64,000 nt of DNA, taken from NCBI GenBank assembly GCA_963767925.1, contig CAVYGB010000013.1:96001-160000 (forward strand), written 5' to 3'. A program made the position numbers and the translations under genes. The notes beneath the pieces are model-generated. The model saw only the letters and a program-made list of their open reading frames with translations. It made no database searches and was not told the DNA's origin. Origin of the DNA: an uncultured delta proteobacterium. Its GTDB lineage: Bacteria > Myxococcota_A > Polyangia > Fen-1088. Below, in pieces: positions 49,989 to 60,709 of the stretch; the first letter of the stretch is position 1; each line of letters starts with the position of its first letter.

Positions 49989-51254
49989 ATGCCGTTTCTG
50001 GCCAATCGCCGTCTGCGGACCTGGGTCGAGCTCGCGCTCGGCGGGGCGGTCCTGCTGACCGGCGCGCTGGCGCTGCCGCTCGGCCTGGCCAGCCTGGCCT
50101 CGGCGCCGCTGGTCGGCAGCGGGTACGCGCTGGCGCCGGCCGGCGTCGGCCCGTCGGTCCCGCCCCTGGCGGCGCTGGTGATCCGGGCCTTCGCCTGCCT
50201 GCCCCTCGGCGACGTGGCCACGCGGGCCAACCTCGCCTCGGTCGTGGCGGCCGCGCTGGCCGCGGTCTGGCTGACCCGCCTGGCTCTGGAGGTGCTGGCC
50301 GAGGTGACCGCGCCGCCCGACGGGGCGACCCGCCCGGCGCGCGAGGCGACCTGCGAGGCGATCGCCGCCGCCGGAGCGGTGGCCTGTGTGATGTTCGCGC
50401 TCGGTGTGTTCGTGGCGGCCACCTCCGCGGCCGGCAGCGCGATGACGCTCGCCCTGCTGGCCGGGTTCTGGGTGCGGGCCTTCCGGCTGTACCGATCGCC
50501 GGACAGCCCGCGCGAGGGGCTGGTCCTGGCGCTGCTCGCCGGGCTCGCCCTCGGCGCCGACGGCCTGGCGGTCCTGGTCTGCTGGCCGGTCGCGCTGGCG
50601 CTGTGGGGACGCGCGCTCCGCCGGGGCGATCGCTGGCCGCTGTTCGCGCCGCTGCTGGCGGTGGCCGGCGCCGGTCTGGGCCTGTTCGGCGCGCTGGACG
50701 CGGGGATCGCGGGCTGGCTGGGCGCCACCTTCTCCGCCCTGCTGGCGCCCGCCGCGGCAGAGCCCGACCGGCTCGTCCTGCAGTCGGCGGCGGACGCGGT
50801 CACCGAGATCGGCCCCATCGCGGCGCTGGCGGCGGCGGTGGGGCTCGTCGTGCTGGCCGCCCGGGTCCCCCGCCTGGCCCTGGCGACCGTGCTCGCCGGG
50901 GGGACCGCGCTGCTGCTGGCCGGTCCGGGCGCCGCCGCCCTGGCCCCGGCCGCGGTGCCGCTGGCCGTGGGTATCTCCCACCTGGCCGGCAAGCTCGGTC
51001 CGGCCCGGGCCGCCGCCGCCCTCGTGATCGGGGTTGTCGCGCTGGGCTGGCCCGCGCTCGATGGCGGCGGTCGCTGGACCCGCCCGGCCCGCCTGCCCGA
51101 GCGCCTGCTGGGCGAGGCCCACGCCGGCATCGCGCCGCGCGCGCGGGTGAACCCGGGCAGCCGGCCGATGTCGGGCCTGCTGCTCTACGGCCGCGCGCTC
51201 GGCTTGCGCCCCGACGTCACCCTCGAGCCCGCGGCCACCGGGACGGTCCGCTGA
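49989..51254 (+). CDS. Polytopic membrane protein (DUF2723/GT-C-like, divergent)
   Basis: Many TM helices; PPL...LPLGDVATRANLAS segment. Confidence 0.5.
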   Translation: MPFLANRRLRTWVELALGGAVLLTGALALPLGLASLASAPLVGSGYALAPAGVGPSVPPLAALVIRAFACLPLGDVATRANLASVVAAALAAVWLTRLALEVLAEVTAPPDGATRPAREATCEAIAAAGAVACVMFALGVFVAATSAAGSAMTLALLAGFWVRAFRLYRSPDSPREGLVLALLAGLALGADGLAVLVCWPVALALWGRALRRGDRWPLFAPLLAVAGAGLGLFGALDAGIAGWLGATFSALLAPAAAEPDRLVLQSAADAVTEIGPIAALAAAVGLVVLAARVPRLALATVLAGGTALLLAGPGAAALAPAAVPLAVGISHLAGKLGPARAAAALVIGVVALGWPALDGGGRWTRPARLPERLLGEAHAGIAPRARVNPGSRPMSGLLLYGRALGLRPDVTLEPAATGTVR

Positions 51255-51365
51255 TCCCGGGATGACGCTTCGCTCTACGCCGAGAACTTGTTCGTAGACG
51301 ACCCGGGTCTCCCCCAGACATAGTGGCTGCTCCCCGGGGCCCCAAAACCTCGAAGGGTATGCCCT

Positions 51366-52658
51366 ATGAGAGACGCAGCTCGTTCGCCCAGGGCGGGGTT
51401 TCGAGGCGTGGTGGCGGTGCTCCTGACAGGCCTCCTGGTCCTGTCTTGCCGAGACAATTTGATCCCACCGGTCCCCGAGGAGGTGGACCCGGGTCCGGGC
51501 GTGCCCGCCCCGGCCGGCTCCGACGCCGCCCGGCCCGACACGGGAGGCCCCGGTCCCGACCCCGACCCGCGGCCGCTGCCCCCCTCCGACGCCCGCCCCC
51601 CGGACACGGCGGAAGGGGAGGGCCCCACCGATGGTCCCCTCGCCGCCGACGCCCCGTCGATCGATCCGCCGGCGCCCCCGCCCGACGCCGCACCTGCGCC
51701 TCCGCCCCCGGCCCCGCCGCCGAGTTGCGGCCTGCCCGGTGGCCCCTGCTGTCCCGATGACAGCTGCGCCGGGGATGCCTGCTGCGGCATCACCGTCGGC
51801 GGCGAGCCCCGCTGCGTCGCCCCCGGCGGCGCCTGCCGCCTGCCGGGCGGAGCCGCCGGCGGCACCTGCAACGCGGGCCTGTGTTCGGGCTGTGGCGCGG
51901 TCCTGAACCAGCTCTGCTGCCAGGGCGACACCTGCACCGGCGCCGGCCTCGTCTGCGGCGGTGACACCTGCGAGACCTGCGGCACCGCCGGCGGTGCCTG
52001 CTGTCCCGGCGCGACCTGCAACGCCAACCTGGCCTGCGTGGCCGGCGAGTGCGAAGCCTGCGGCGGTCGAGGCCAGCCCTGCTGCGCCGGCCGGGCCTGC
52101 AACGCCGGCGGCTGCTGCCTCGGCGCCGGCACCGGCACCTGCACGGCTGCCGGCCAGACCTGCCTCCAGCCGGGCCCCAACGGCGGCCAGTGCCAGGCCG
52201 GCCGCTGCAGCCTGTGCGGAAACGCCGACCAGGACTGCTGCTCCGGCGCCGTCTGTTACGGCGGCCGCGCGTGCGTCAGCGGCACCTGCGCCGGCTGCGG
52301 CACCACCGGCGGCCAGCGCTCCTGCCCGGGCCGGATCTGCAACCCCGGCCTCTGCGTCGCCGACGGCGCCACCTGCATCGCCCCCGGCGTCCTCTGCGGC
52401 CAGAATTCCGGCCGCTGCACCCCCGACGGCTCCTGCGTCGACGGGAACACCGCCTGCGGCGGCCTCGACCAACCCTGCTGCGGCGCCAACGCCCTCCCCG
52501 CCGGCGTCTATTGCTCCCGCCCCGGCACCATCTGCACCGGCCTCGGCCTCAACCGCCGCTGCACCGCCTGCGGCACCCCCGGCCAGCCCTGCTGCGAAGG
52601 CGACGTCTGCCAGACCGGCACCTGCCAGGGCCTCCTGCTCGACCGCACCTGCCGCTAG
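51366..52658 (+). CDS. Cys-rich repeat lipoprotein with Pro/Asp linker
   Basis: Lipobox VLSC; about 7 CGxxxxxCC repeats. Confidence 0.75.
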   Translation: MRDAARSPRAGFRGVVAVLLTGLLVLSCRDNLIPPVPEEVDPGPGVPAPAGSDAARPDTGGPGPDPDPRPLPPSDARPPDTAEGEGPTDGPLAADAPSIDPPAPPPDAAPAPPPPAPPPSCGLPGGPCCPDDSCAGDACCGITVGGEPRCVAPGGACRLPGGAAGGTCNAGLCSGCGAVLNQLCCQGDTCTGAGLVCGGDTCETCGTAGGACCPGATCNANLACVAGECEACGGRGQPCCAGRACNAGGCCLGAGTGTCTAAGQTCLQPGPNGGQCQAGRCSLCGNADQDCCSGAVCYGGRACVSGTCAGCGTTGGQRSCPGRICNPGLCVADGATCIAPGVLCGQNSGRCTPDGSCVDGNTACGGLDQPCCGANALPAGVYCSRPGTICTGLGLNRRCTACGTPGQPCCEGDVCQTGTCQGLLLDRTCR

Positions 52659-52763
52659 CAGCCCATCGAACGCGTCCTCGTCCCGAGGTGAACGGAGGAC
52701 GAGCACGTGAGTCGTGCAGGTCTGACGGATCCCGTCCCCCGTCCGGCGCGCCCCCCTCACCGC

Positions 52764-55700
52764 CTACGGCGGACACACATTCGCCACCCCCTTGCTGGCC
52801 ACCATTGCCACGAACCCCCCCGTCCCATCCGGACACCGCCCCACCGACGACACGTGCTCGGTCCACCCATACCGATCGACAACCCGCCCATTCGGGTCAT
52901 GCAGAGATCACCGCATCCGCTGCCCCCAGCCCGAACGGGAAATCCACATTCTGCTCGCGCACGAGCAACCCCCCCGGCGCCACCGTGGTCCCGGCCGGGA
53001 ACGTGTACACGTGACCGATCCCCGTCTCCGCATCGGTGAAGAACCACCCCGTCAGATCGACCGCCTCCGTCCCCGGGTTCCATAGCTCCACCCAGTCCGG
53101 ATTGGGATTCGACGCCACCTCGTTGAGGACGATCGTGCCCACCACCGGCACCGGCGGCGGAGGCGGAGGAGGTGGCGGCGGGGGAGGGGGAGGGGGAGGC
53201 GGCGGCACCGGCGCCAGCGGCAGCGGCAACCGCCCGAGCCGGTAGAAGAACGCCGCCTCCTCGCCCCCGTCGTTGTCGTTGGCCACGAACGTCCCCCGCG
53301 GCGTCGGGATGACGCTCTCGACCTTCTCGAAATCGAACCGGAACGGCGTATCGAGCAGGTCCACCGCCAGCACCTTGTCGATCGGGTCCGCGCTCAGGTT
53401 GGCCGTGCCGCTGCTCAGGCGAAACGTGTAGATCCGCTTGACCGCCGCGCTCCCCGTGCGCCGCTGGTCTCGCTCGAGCACCGAGAAGACGTCCCCCTCG
53501 AGGTGCGTGATCTCCGACAGCACGATGGCGTTGCGCGCGCCCGCGAGATCGGGCTGCAGCGGGTAGAAGTAGAAGCTCCAGGCGTTCGCGTCGACGTCGT
53601 ATTCGCCGATGCGGGTCAGCCCCGGCGGGTCGACATTGCCCGACAGCGGCCGCTGGATCACGGTGTAGACCTTCACCCCGCCCGCCGCCGCCCCGTTCGC
53701 GTCGATGGTTGTCACCCCCTCGAACCCGTTGCCGGTCAGCCGGGTCCAGTCGAGCCCGTTGGCCTCGCCGGTCGCCGCGCAGGGCAGATCGACGATGCCG
53801 TCGCCCCCGCCGTACGCCGGATCGAGCCGCCCCGTGGCAGCGACGAAAAGCAGGCGGTTGCGCTGCTTCTCGCTGCCGCCGGGGCCGGTCACGCAGGCCG
53901 CGTCGCTGCCGCCGTTGGCCGGGGTCCCCTCGCTGGCCAGGACGTACCCGCCGGCCGGGTTGAGCGCCAGCCCCTCGGGGTCGTAGCCCTCGAGCGGTCC
54001 GCCGTCGGCCGCCTCGAGCAGCAGCTCGTCGACGAGCTTCATGCCCCGCCCCGACTCGTCCTCCTGGAAGGTCCAGATCCGCTGGCGGGCGAAGGCGACG
54101 TCGGGCAGGACGATCACCTGCTTGGCCACCCCGTTCCAGGCGCCGCCGCTGATCGCCCCGAAGGGACGCCCGTCGCTGCGCGCCTGCAGCAGGTTGTCGG
54201 GGAAGGTCTGCACCTCCTCCGCCCGGGTCACCCCCTGGTAGATCCACACCCCCCCGCCCAGGAACGCATCGGTCGCGGCGCCGTCGTTGGGCCCTTCCCC
54301 CGCCACCACCACCAGGTTCCGGCCCGGGATCGCCACCACCCCCTCGGGCCGGAAGGGCGCCGGCAGCACCTGCACCAGCTCGGGCCGCGCCGGATCGTCG
54401 ACCCGGGCGACGAACAGCGAGCTGTTGCGCTCGCCCAGCAGGAAGGCGTATTCGGCGCCGCCGAAGCGGGCGGCGGCGCACCCCTCCACCTCGATGCCCC
54501 GGGCCCCCGAGCGCGAATCGGGGTATTGCCCGAAGCGGGCGGCCAGCCGCTCGAGCGCCGGCCCCGAATCGAAGCGCAGCGCCCCCTCGAGGTCGAAGAC
54601 CGAGAAGCCGCGGCCGCCCGCGAGCTGCCCGTCCGCGGGGGCCGAGTCCCCCTCGTTGGCGGTGAGGAAGTGCCGGCCGTCGGCCAGAAGGCAGATCGAG
54701 TCGGCCTCCCGGCGCCCCACGAACGGCTGATCGAGCGCGATCTCGCCGTTGGCGGTGGTGTCGCCGCGGCTCGCGACCGTCCCCAGATCCAGATAGCGCT
54801 CGATCCGCTCCTGCAGGAGGTCGACCACCGCCACGACGTTGTTCTCCTGCAGCGACACGAGGGCCCGGGTCCCGTCGCGCGAGATGTCGACGAACTCCGG
54901 CTGGGGATCGGTCCGATGGTTCCCCACCGGCGGCGCGACCGCCAGGGTGGCCACCGCCGACCGGCCCGGGTCGGCGTAGTCGAGGGTGACGATCTGGATG
55001 GCGCCCGGCCGACCGGCGGCGGCCGACTCGTCCTCGATCGCCACCACCGCGCGCAACCCGTCGGGCGTGAGGCGCAGGCTGTCGGGGCCCACCCCCAGCG
55101 GCACCCGGGCCACCACCCCCTCCGCCGGCTGCGCGAGGTCGATGAAGGCCAATGCCCCGGGGTTGGCCAGCGCCGGGGCGCTCGCGTCGAGCACCGCCGC
55201 CAGCGCGTAGCGCCCGTTGGGCGTGACCGCCACCGAGGTGATCGAGCCGGCGCCGGGCGTGCCCACCACGTTGCGGACGTCGGCGATCGCCAGCAGGCGC
55301 GGGGCGCGCGGGTCGGAGATGTCGAGCACCTCGACCGTGTTGGTGATGCCGTTCGAATAGACGACGGTGTTGCCGTCGGGCGTGGCCGCCACCGTCTCGG
55401 CCGCCGGGCCGGTGGGCGAGGCGTGGCGCCCCACCAGCCGGAAGCCCACGACCTCCGCCGGTCCGGCCTGGCACAGGTATCGAGTCTGGCTCACCTCGCC
55501 GGCGTCGAGCGTCCCGTCGCCGTCCGCGTCGACGCCGCTGCTGACCCGCAGGCCCCCGCCGGGGCAGTTGTCGCCGGGCGGCTCGTCGGCGAGATCGATC
55601 AGCGCCCGCTCGCCGGGAGGGCCGGGTGGTCCCGGGGGGCCGGGTGGTCCTCGCGGCCCCCGCGGCCCGCGCGGACCCCGGGGCCCCTGGTGCCCGGCCA

Positions 55701-55977
55701 GCACCACCACCTCGTCGGGGTCGGTCAGCGTCCGGGCCAGCACCCGATCCATCGCCGAGGCGTCGCAGGTGTAGGTGACCGCGTCCACCTCCCACTCCGA
55801 GAGCAGCCCGTCGCGATCGTCGTCCATGCCGGCGCGGATGGCCTGTCCCCCGCGCGCGCAGTTGTCCCCCGCCGGCTCGGGGACGATCTCCAGCAGCGAC
55901 ACCCGCTTGCGCGAGCCGCCACAGCCACCGAGCAGCAGGAGGACGAGACCGGTCTGGACCAGGACGGCAAGGCGCAT
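52764..55977 (-). CDS. Modular surface lipoprotein: Cys/Asp repeats, collagen stretch, beta-propeller(s) of alkaline-phosphatase/phytase-like type, poly-Pro linker, lamin-tail domain; frameshift ~52905
   Basis: GGAGG RBS; lipobox LGGC; EPxGDNC..GG x2; (GPR/GPP)n; ANEGD, DPEG, GFEG; LNEV..DWVEL; LTD continues in a shifted frame to GVANVCPP* at 52764. Confidence 0.75.
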
Positions 55978-56140
55978 CGCAACCTCCATCGGGAGCCGGG
56001 AACCGCCACCCGTTATCGCAAGGGAAAAGCGGAGGGTGGTGTGACAGCTCGGACCCGGATCCGCCAACCACCACCCCCCCCAAGGACAAACGCGCGCGAC
56101 GTTGCCTATTCCCTCCCCTGAGATAGGCTGTCGCCTCCCG

Positions 56141-57118
56141 ATGTCGCTGACGACCCCCTCGGCCGTGTTCGCCCTCGCCGTCGTGCTGGCCGCGCCGTCC
56201 CTGCGCGCCGAGGAGTTCCCCCGAAAGCCGATCACCTTGATCGTGCCCTTCTCGGCCGGGGGGCCCACCGACACCGTCAGCCGGCTGGTGGCCCAGGGCA
56301 TGTCGAAGTCGCTCGGCAAGCAGGTGGTGATCGAGAACGTCGGCGGCGCCGGCGGCACCATCGGCGCCGGCCGGGTCGCGCGCGCCGCGGGCGACGGCTA
56401 CACCCTGCTGCTCCACCACATCGGGATGGCCACCGCCCCCGCCCTCTACCGCAAGCTCCCGTTCAAGGTCCCCGACGACTTCGCGCCCATCGGCCTGGTC
56501 GCCGACGTCCCGATGACCCTGGTGGCGCGCAAGGACTTCCCGGCCACGGACCTGCCCGAGCTGCTGGCCCACGTCCGGCAGAACCGGGACAAGGTCACCT
56601 ACGCCAACGCCGGCATCGGCTCGGCCTCGCACCTGTGTGGGCTGCTCCTGATGAGCGCCATCAAGACCGACCTCACCACCGTGCCCTACAAGGGGACCGG
56701 CCCGGCCATGAACGATCTGCTGGGCCAGCAGGTCGACTTCATGTGCGACCAGACAACCAACACAACCAGCCAGATCAAGGCCGGCAAGGTGAAGGCCTAC
56801 GGCGTGACAACCCGCCGCCCGGTCCCCTCGCTGCCCCAGCTCAAGCCGCTGCACGACAGCGGGCTGCCCGGCTTCGAGGTGGTGATCTGGCACGGCCTCT
56901 ACGCCCCCAAGGGCACCCCCCAGCCGGTGATCGATCGGCTGTCCCGCGTGCTCGGCGAGGTGCTGCAGGACCGCACCCTCGCCACCCGCCTGCGCGACCT
57001 CGGCAGCGAGCCCGCCGCCCGGGAGCGGGCCACGCCCGACGCCCTGCGGACGCTGCTCCGGTCGGAGCTCGACCGCTGGGGTGGCATCATCCGGCAGGCC
57101 GGCGTGTACGCCGATTGA
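56141..57118 (+). CDS. tctC: Tripartite tricarboxylate transporter substrate-binding protein (Bug/TctC)
   Basis: IVPFSAGGPTD, ENVGGAGGTIG, DGYTLL, VPYKG, WHGLYAPKGTP. Confidence 0.93.
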   Translation: MSLTTPSAVFALAVVLAAPSLRAEEFPRKPITLIVPFSAGGPTDTVSRLVAQGMSKSLGKQVVIENVGGAGGTIGAGRVARAAGDGYTLLLHHIGMATAPALYRKLPFKVPDDFAPIGLVADVPMTLVARKDFPATDLPELLAHVRQNRDKVTYANAGIGSASHLCGLLLMSAIKTDLTTVPYKGTGPAMNDLLGQQVDFMCDQTTNTTSQIKAGKVKAYGVTTRRPVPSLPQLKPLHDSGLPGFEVVIWHGLYAPKGTPQPVIDRLSRVLGEVLQDRTLATRLRDLGSEPAARERATPDALRTLLRSELDRWGGIIRQAGVYAD

Positions 57119-57129
57119 ACGGATCGAAG

Positions 57130-57597
57130 ATGCCGCTGGCTCTCGACCGCAAGGACCTCGGCGCCGGCGCGTTGTTCCTCGGGTTCGGTCTGGCCACCGT
57201 GCTGCTGGGCCGTGACCTGCCGATGGGGACGGCCGTCCGCATGGGCCCGGGCTACTTTCCCACCGTGCTCGGCGTGCTGCTGGCGCTGATCGGCCTCGCC
57301 GTCCTGCTGCGTGCCCTCCTGCGCAAGCCGTCCCCGTCCCCGTCCTCGCCGCCCTTCGCCTGGAAGCCGCTGCTCCTCATCACCGGCGCCACCGCGCTGT
57401 TCGGCCTCCTCCTCCGGGGGGCCGGCCTGGCCCTCGCGACCGCCGCGCTCGTCCTCACCTCGGCCTGGGCGAGCCCCCGCTTCTCCTGGCGAGCGGCGGT
57501 GCCGCTGGCCCTGGCCGCGGCGGTCTTCTGCGCGCTGGTCTTCGTGCGGGCCCTCGGCGTGCCCATGCCCATCTTCGGTCACTGGTTCGGCAGCTAA
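57130..57597 (+). CDS. tctB: TctB small permease
   Basis: MGTAVRMGPGYFP; TM helices. Confidence 0.9.
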   Translation: MPLALDRKDLGAGALFLGFGLATVLLGRDLPMGTAVRMGPGYFPTVLGVLLALIGLAVLLRALLRKPSPSPSSPPFAWKPLLLITGATALFGLLLRGAGLALATAALVLTSAWASPRFSWRAAVPLALAAAVFCALVFVRALGVPMPIFGHWFGS

Positions 57598-57617
57598 AGG
57601 GACTGGGCGTCGATCGC

Positions 57618-59120
57618 GTGGACCTCCTCGCCAACCTGTCGCTGGGCCTGCAGACGGCGGTCACGCTGACCAACCTGACCGTCTGCTTCGCCGGCGTGTT
57701 GCTCGGCACGCTGGTGGGCGTCCTGCCCGGCCTGGGGCCGGTGGCCACCATCGCCATGTTGCTGCCCGCCACCTTCAACCTGCCGCCGGTCTCCGCCCTG
57801 ATCATGCTGGCCGGCATCTATTACGGCGCGCAATACGGGGGCTCGACAACCGCCATCCTCATCAACCTGCCCGGCGAGTCCTCCTCGGTCGTCACCGCAC
57901 TCGACGGTCATCAAATGGCCCGGCAGGGGCGCGCGGGCCTGGCCCTGGCCACCGCGGCCATCGCCTCCTTCGTGGCCGGCACCATCGCCACCCTGCTGCT
58001 GGCGCTGTCCGGGCCCGCCCTGGCCGAGGTCGCGCTGGCCTTCGGCCCCGCCGAATATTTCGCCCTCATGGTGCTGGGGCTGGTGGCCTCGATCGTGCTC
58101 GCTCAGGGATCGCTGCTCAAGGCGGTCGGCATGATCACCCTGGGCCTGCTGCTCGGGCTGTGCGGCACCGACGTCAACACCGGGGCCCCCCGCTTCACCT
58201 TCGGGGCCGCCGAGCTGGCCGAGGGGATCGGCTTCGTCGTGGTGGGGATGGGCGTGTTCGGGCTGGGCGAGATCGTGCGCAACCTGGAGGGCCCGGCCAC
58301 CCGCCCCATCGTGATCGCCTCCGTCACTGGCCTTCTGCCCGGCCGGGAGGACTGGAAGCGCATCGTGGGCCCCATCCTGCGCGGCACCGGGCTGGGGTCG
58401 CTGCTGGGGATCCTCCCGGGCGGAGGGGCCATGCTGGCCTCCTTCGCCGCCTACTCCCTGGAGAAGAAGCTGGCGCGCGAGCCGGGCCGGTTCGGCAAGG
58501 GCGCCATCGAGGGGGTGGCCGCGCCCGAGGCGGCCAACAACGCCGGCGCCCAGATGTCGTTCGTCCCGATGTTGACCCTCGGGCTCCCCTCCAACCCGGT
58601 CATGGCGCTCATGATCGGGGCCCTCATCCTGCATGGGATCCAGCCCGGCCCCTCGGTCATGAGCGAGCAGCCGGCCCTGTTCTGGGGCGTGATCGTGTCG
58701 ATGTGGATCGGCAACCTGCTGCTGGTGATCCTCAACCTGCCGCTGGTCGGCCTGTGGGCCCGCCTGGTGCGCGCGCCTTACCACCTGCTCTACCCGATCA
58801 TCCTCGTGTTCTGCGCGGTCGGCGCCTTCAGCCTGAGCAACCGGGAGCTCGACGTCTTCCTGATGGCCGGCTTCGGCCTGCTCGGCTACCTGTTCGTCCG
58901 GCTCGAGTGCGAGCCGGCCCCGCTGTTGCTCGGCTTCATCCTGGGGCCGATGATGGAGGAGTACCTGCGGCGGGCGCTGCTCATCGCTCGCGGCGACGCC
59001 AGCGTGTTCGTGCGCCGGCCGATCAGCGCCGTGCTGCTGCTGGTGGCGCTGGTCGCGCTGCTGGGGGCCCTCGGCCCCCGCGCCCGGCGCGGCCGGGCGG
59101 TCGCCTTCCGGGCCGAATAG
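57618..59120 (+). CDS. tctA: TctA large permease
   Basis: GVLPGLGP, YYGAQYGGS, PGE, APEAANNA. Confidence 0.94.
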   Translation: MDLLANLSLGLQTAVTLTNLTVCFAGVLLGTLVGVLPGLGPVATIAMLLPATFNLPPVSALIMLAGIYYGAQYGGSTTAILINLPGESSSVVTALDGHQMARQGRAGLALATAAIASFVAGTIATLLLALSGPALAEVALAFGPAEYFALMVLGLVASIVLAQGSLLKAVGMITLGLLLGLCGTDVNTGAPRFTFGAAELAEGIGFVVVGMGVFGLGEIVRNLEGPATRPIVIASVTGLLPGREDWKRIVGPILRGTGLGSLLGILPGGGAMLASFAAYSLEKKLAREPGRFGKGAIEGVAAPEAANNAGAQMSFVPMLTLGLPSNPVMALMIGALILHGIQPGPSVMSEQPALFWGVIVSMWIGNLLLVILNLPLVGLWARLVRAPYHLLYPIILVFCAVGAFSLSNRELDVFLMAGFGLLGYLFVRLECEPAPLLLGFILGPMMEEYLRRALLIARGDASVFVRRPISAVLLLVALVALLGALGPRARRGRAVAFRAE

Positions 59121-59138
59121 CCACCCGCCGGTGGGCGA

Positions 59139-59429
59139 TCAGGGCGATTGGTCGGGGCTGCCCTCGCCCAGGGGCTCTTCCTGGGTCGAGACGTCGATGC
59201 TGATCAGCCGGTGCTCGTCGGGGTCGAGGCGCCAGTGGATGAACACCGGCTTCTCGGTGTTGCACACCCGGTAGACCGCGTCGAAGTCGGAGGCGGGCAG
59301 GTTGGCGGTGAGAAAGCCGGTCGCCTGGTTGAGAAAACCGAGCTGGGACGGCGGCTTCTCCTGGAAGAACAGCGAGACGGAGGCGACCCCTTCGGTGGGG
59401 GTCTCATGCCCAGGGTGATCCAACGGCAT
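59139..59429 (-). CDS. Hypothetical protein (96 aa)
   Basis: Plausible codon usage; YRVCNTEKPVFIHW...STQEEPLGEG. Confidence 0.5.
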   Translation of the reverse strand: MPLDHPGHETPTEGVASVSLFFQEKPPSQLGFLNQATGFLTANLPASDFDAVYRVCNTEKPVFIHWRLDPDEHRLISIDVSTQEEPLGEGSPDQSP

Positions 59430-59598
59430 GGTCCGGTCCTGGCCGAACGCACGATTCCACCTTGTAATTGAGGATGGCTGGCATGAATGACTCTCCCTGC
59501 CGACATTTCCTCTCACGCGCCCCGACATGTCAATCGTGCCCGCCGTCCAGCCGCTGGTTCCCGCCGGGTGGTACGATCCAGGGCACAGGGAGGTCCAG

Positions 59599-59943
59599 AT
59601 GATATTCAGGGCTCTCGTCCCGATCGCCCTCGCGGCCGGGCTGCTCGCCGCCGGCCCGGTCCAGGCCGCCGACCAGGCCGCCGTCGAGCGGCGGCAGGCC
59701 CAGATGAAGGCGCGCATCGACGCCCACGGCGCCGCCCTCGCCGCCCGCCAGGCGCAAGCCCGGGCCGAGCTCGCCGCGCGGGGCGCCGCCCTCGAGGCCC
59801 GCCGGCAGGTCGCCCGCCCGCGCCTCGCCGCCCACCAGGCCGCCGTCGATCGCACCCGCGCCGAGGTCCGCCAGGAGCTGGCCCGGCACAGCGCCGCCCA
59901 GGAGCAGCGCCGGGCGCGCGCCCGCGCCCAGCTCACCCGCTGA
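59599..59943 (+). CDS. Small exported Ala/Arg/Gln-rich helical protein
   Basis: GGAGG RBS, signal peptide, helical repeats. Confidence 0.6.
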   Translation: MIFRALVPIALAAGLLAAGPVQAADQAAVERRQAQMKARIDAHGAALAARQAQARAELAARGAALEARRQVARPRLAAHQAAVDRTRAEVRQELARHSAAQEQRRARARAQLTR

Positions 59944-60145
59944 GCGATCGAGCTGTCACGAGACGTGACAGGCCCCTCGGCCCCCGCCGACCCTCTCGCC
60001 CGGCGGAGCGCCCCGCGCTCTCGGGGGCCCTGTGGGGACCTGGGAGGCCGCGCTGGCCGCGCCGCCGGCAGCTTCGCGGCCACACCGCTGTCGCCTCGCC
60101 GGCGCCGATCGGGCATCATGCTGACTTCGCCAACGAGAGACACGG

Positions 60146-60706
60146 ATGAGGATCGCGCCGGCAGCTTTCGAGGGGGTCTTTCTGCTCGACATCGAGCCAC
60201 GGGAGGACGAACGCGGGTTCCTGGCCCGCACCTTCAGCAGCGAGGAGCTAGGCGCCTTCGGCATGCAGACCCAGGTCGCGCAGGCTCAGATCTCGCTGAC
60301 CGCCCGCCAGGGGACCGTGCGGGGCCTGTATTTCCACCGCGCCTCGGCCCGCACCACCCAGTCCGGCCAGCCTCCCGCCGACACGCGGCTGGTGCGCTGC
60401 ACGCACGGCCGGGTCTTCGACGTCGTCGTCGACCTCCGCCCCGGCTCGCCGACCTTCAAGCGCTGGGACGCCATCGAGCTGTCGGCGGCCAACCACCGCT
60501 CGCTCTACATCCCCGGGGGCTTCGCCCACGGCTACCAGACGCTGAGCGAGGGGGTGGAGCTACTCTATCTGCTGGGAGGCTCGTACCCGCCCGAGCCCAC
60601 CAGCGGCTTCCGCTACGACGACCCGGCCTTCGCCATCCCCTGGCCCGAGCCGGTCACCCTCGTCTCGCCGGCCGACCTGGCCTTCCCGACCTTCGAGGCG
60701 AGCTGA
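60146..60706 (+). CDS. dTDP-4-dehydrorhamnose 3,5-epimerase-family (RmlC-like) protein
   Basis: DERGF, GTVRGL, LVRC..GRVFDVVVDLRPGSPTF, PGGFAHGYQTL, I.WP. Confidence 0.85.
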   Translation: MRIAPAAFEGVFLLDIEPREDERGFLARTFSSEELGAFGMQTQVAQAQISLTARQGTVRGLYFHRASARTTQSGQPPADTRLVRCTHGRVFDVVVDLRPGSPTFKRWDAIELSAANHRSLYIPGGFAHGYQTLSEGVELLYLLGGSYPPEPTSGFRYDDPAFAIPWPEPVTLVSPADLAFPTFEAS

Positions 60707-60709
60707 TCC

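Noticed and set aside
44105..56893. Very long alternative-frame ORFs (44105-48400 +, 49176-52760 -, 52757-56893 -, and similar elsewhere)
   Set aside because: Shadow ORFs of high-GC genes, with no motifs and overlapping well-supported CDSs
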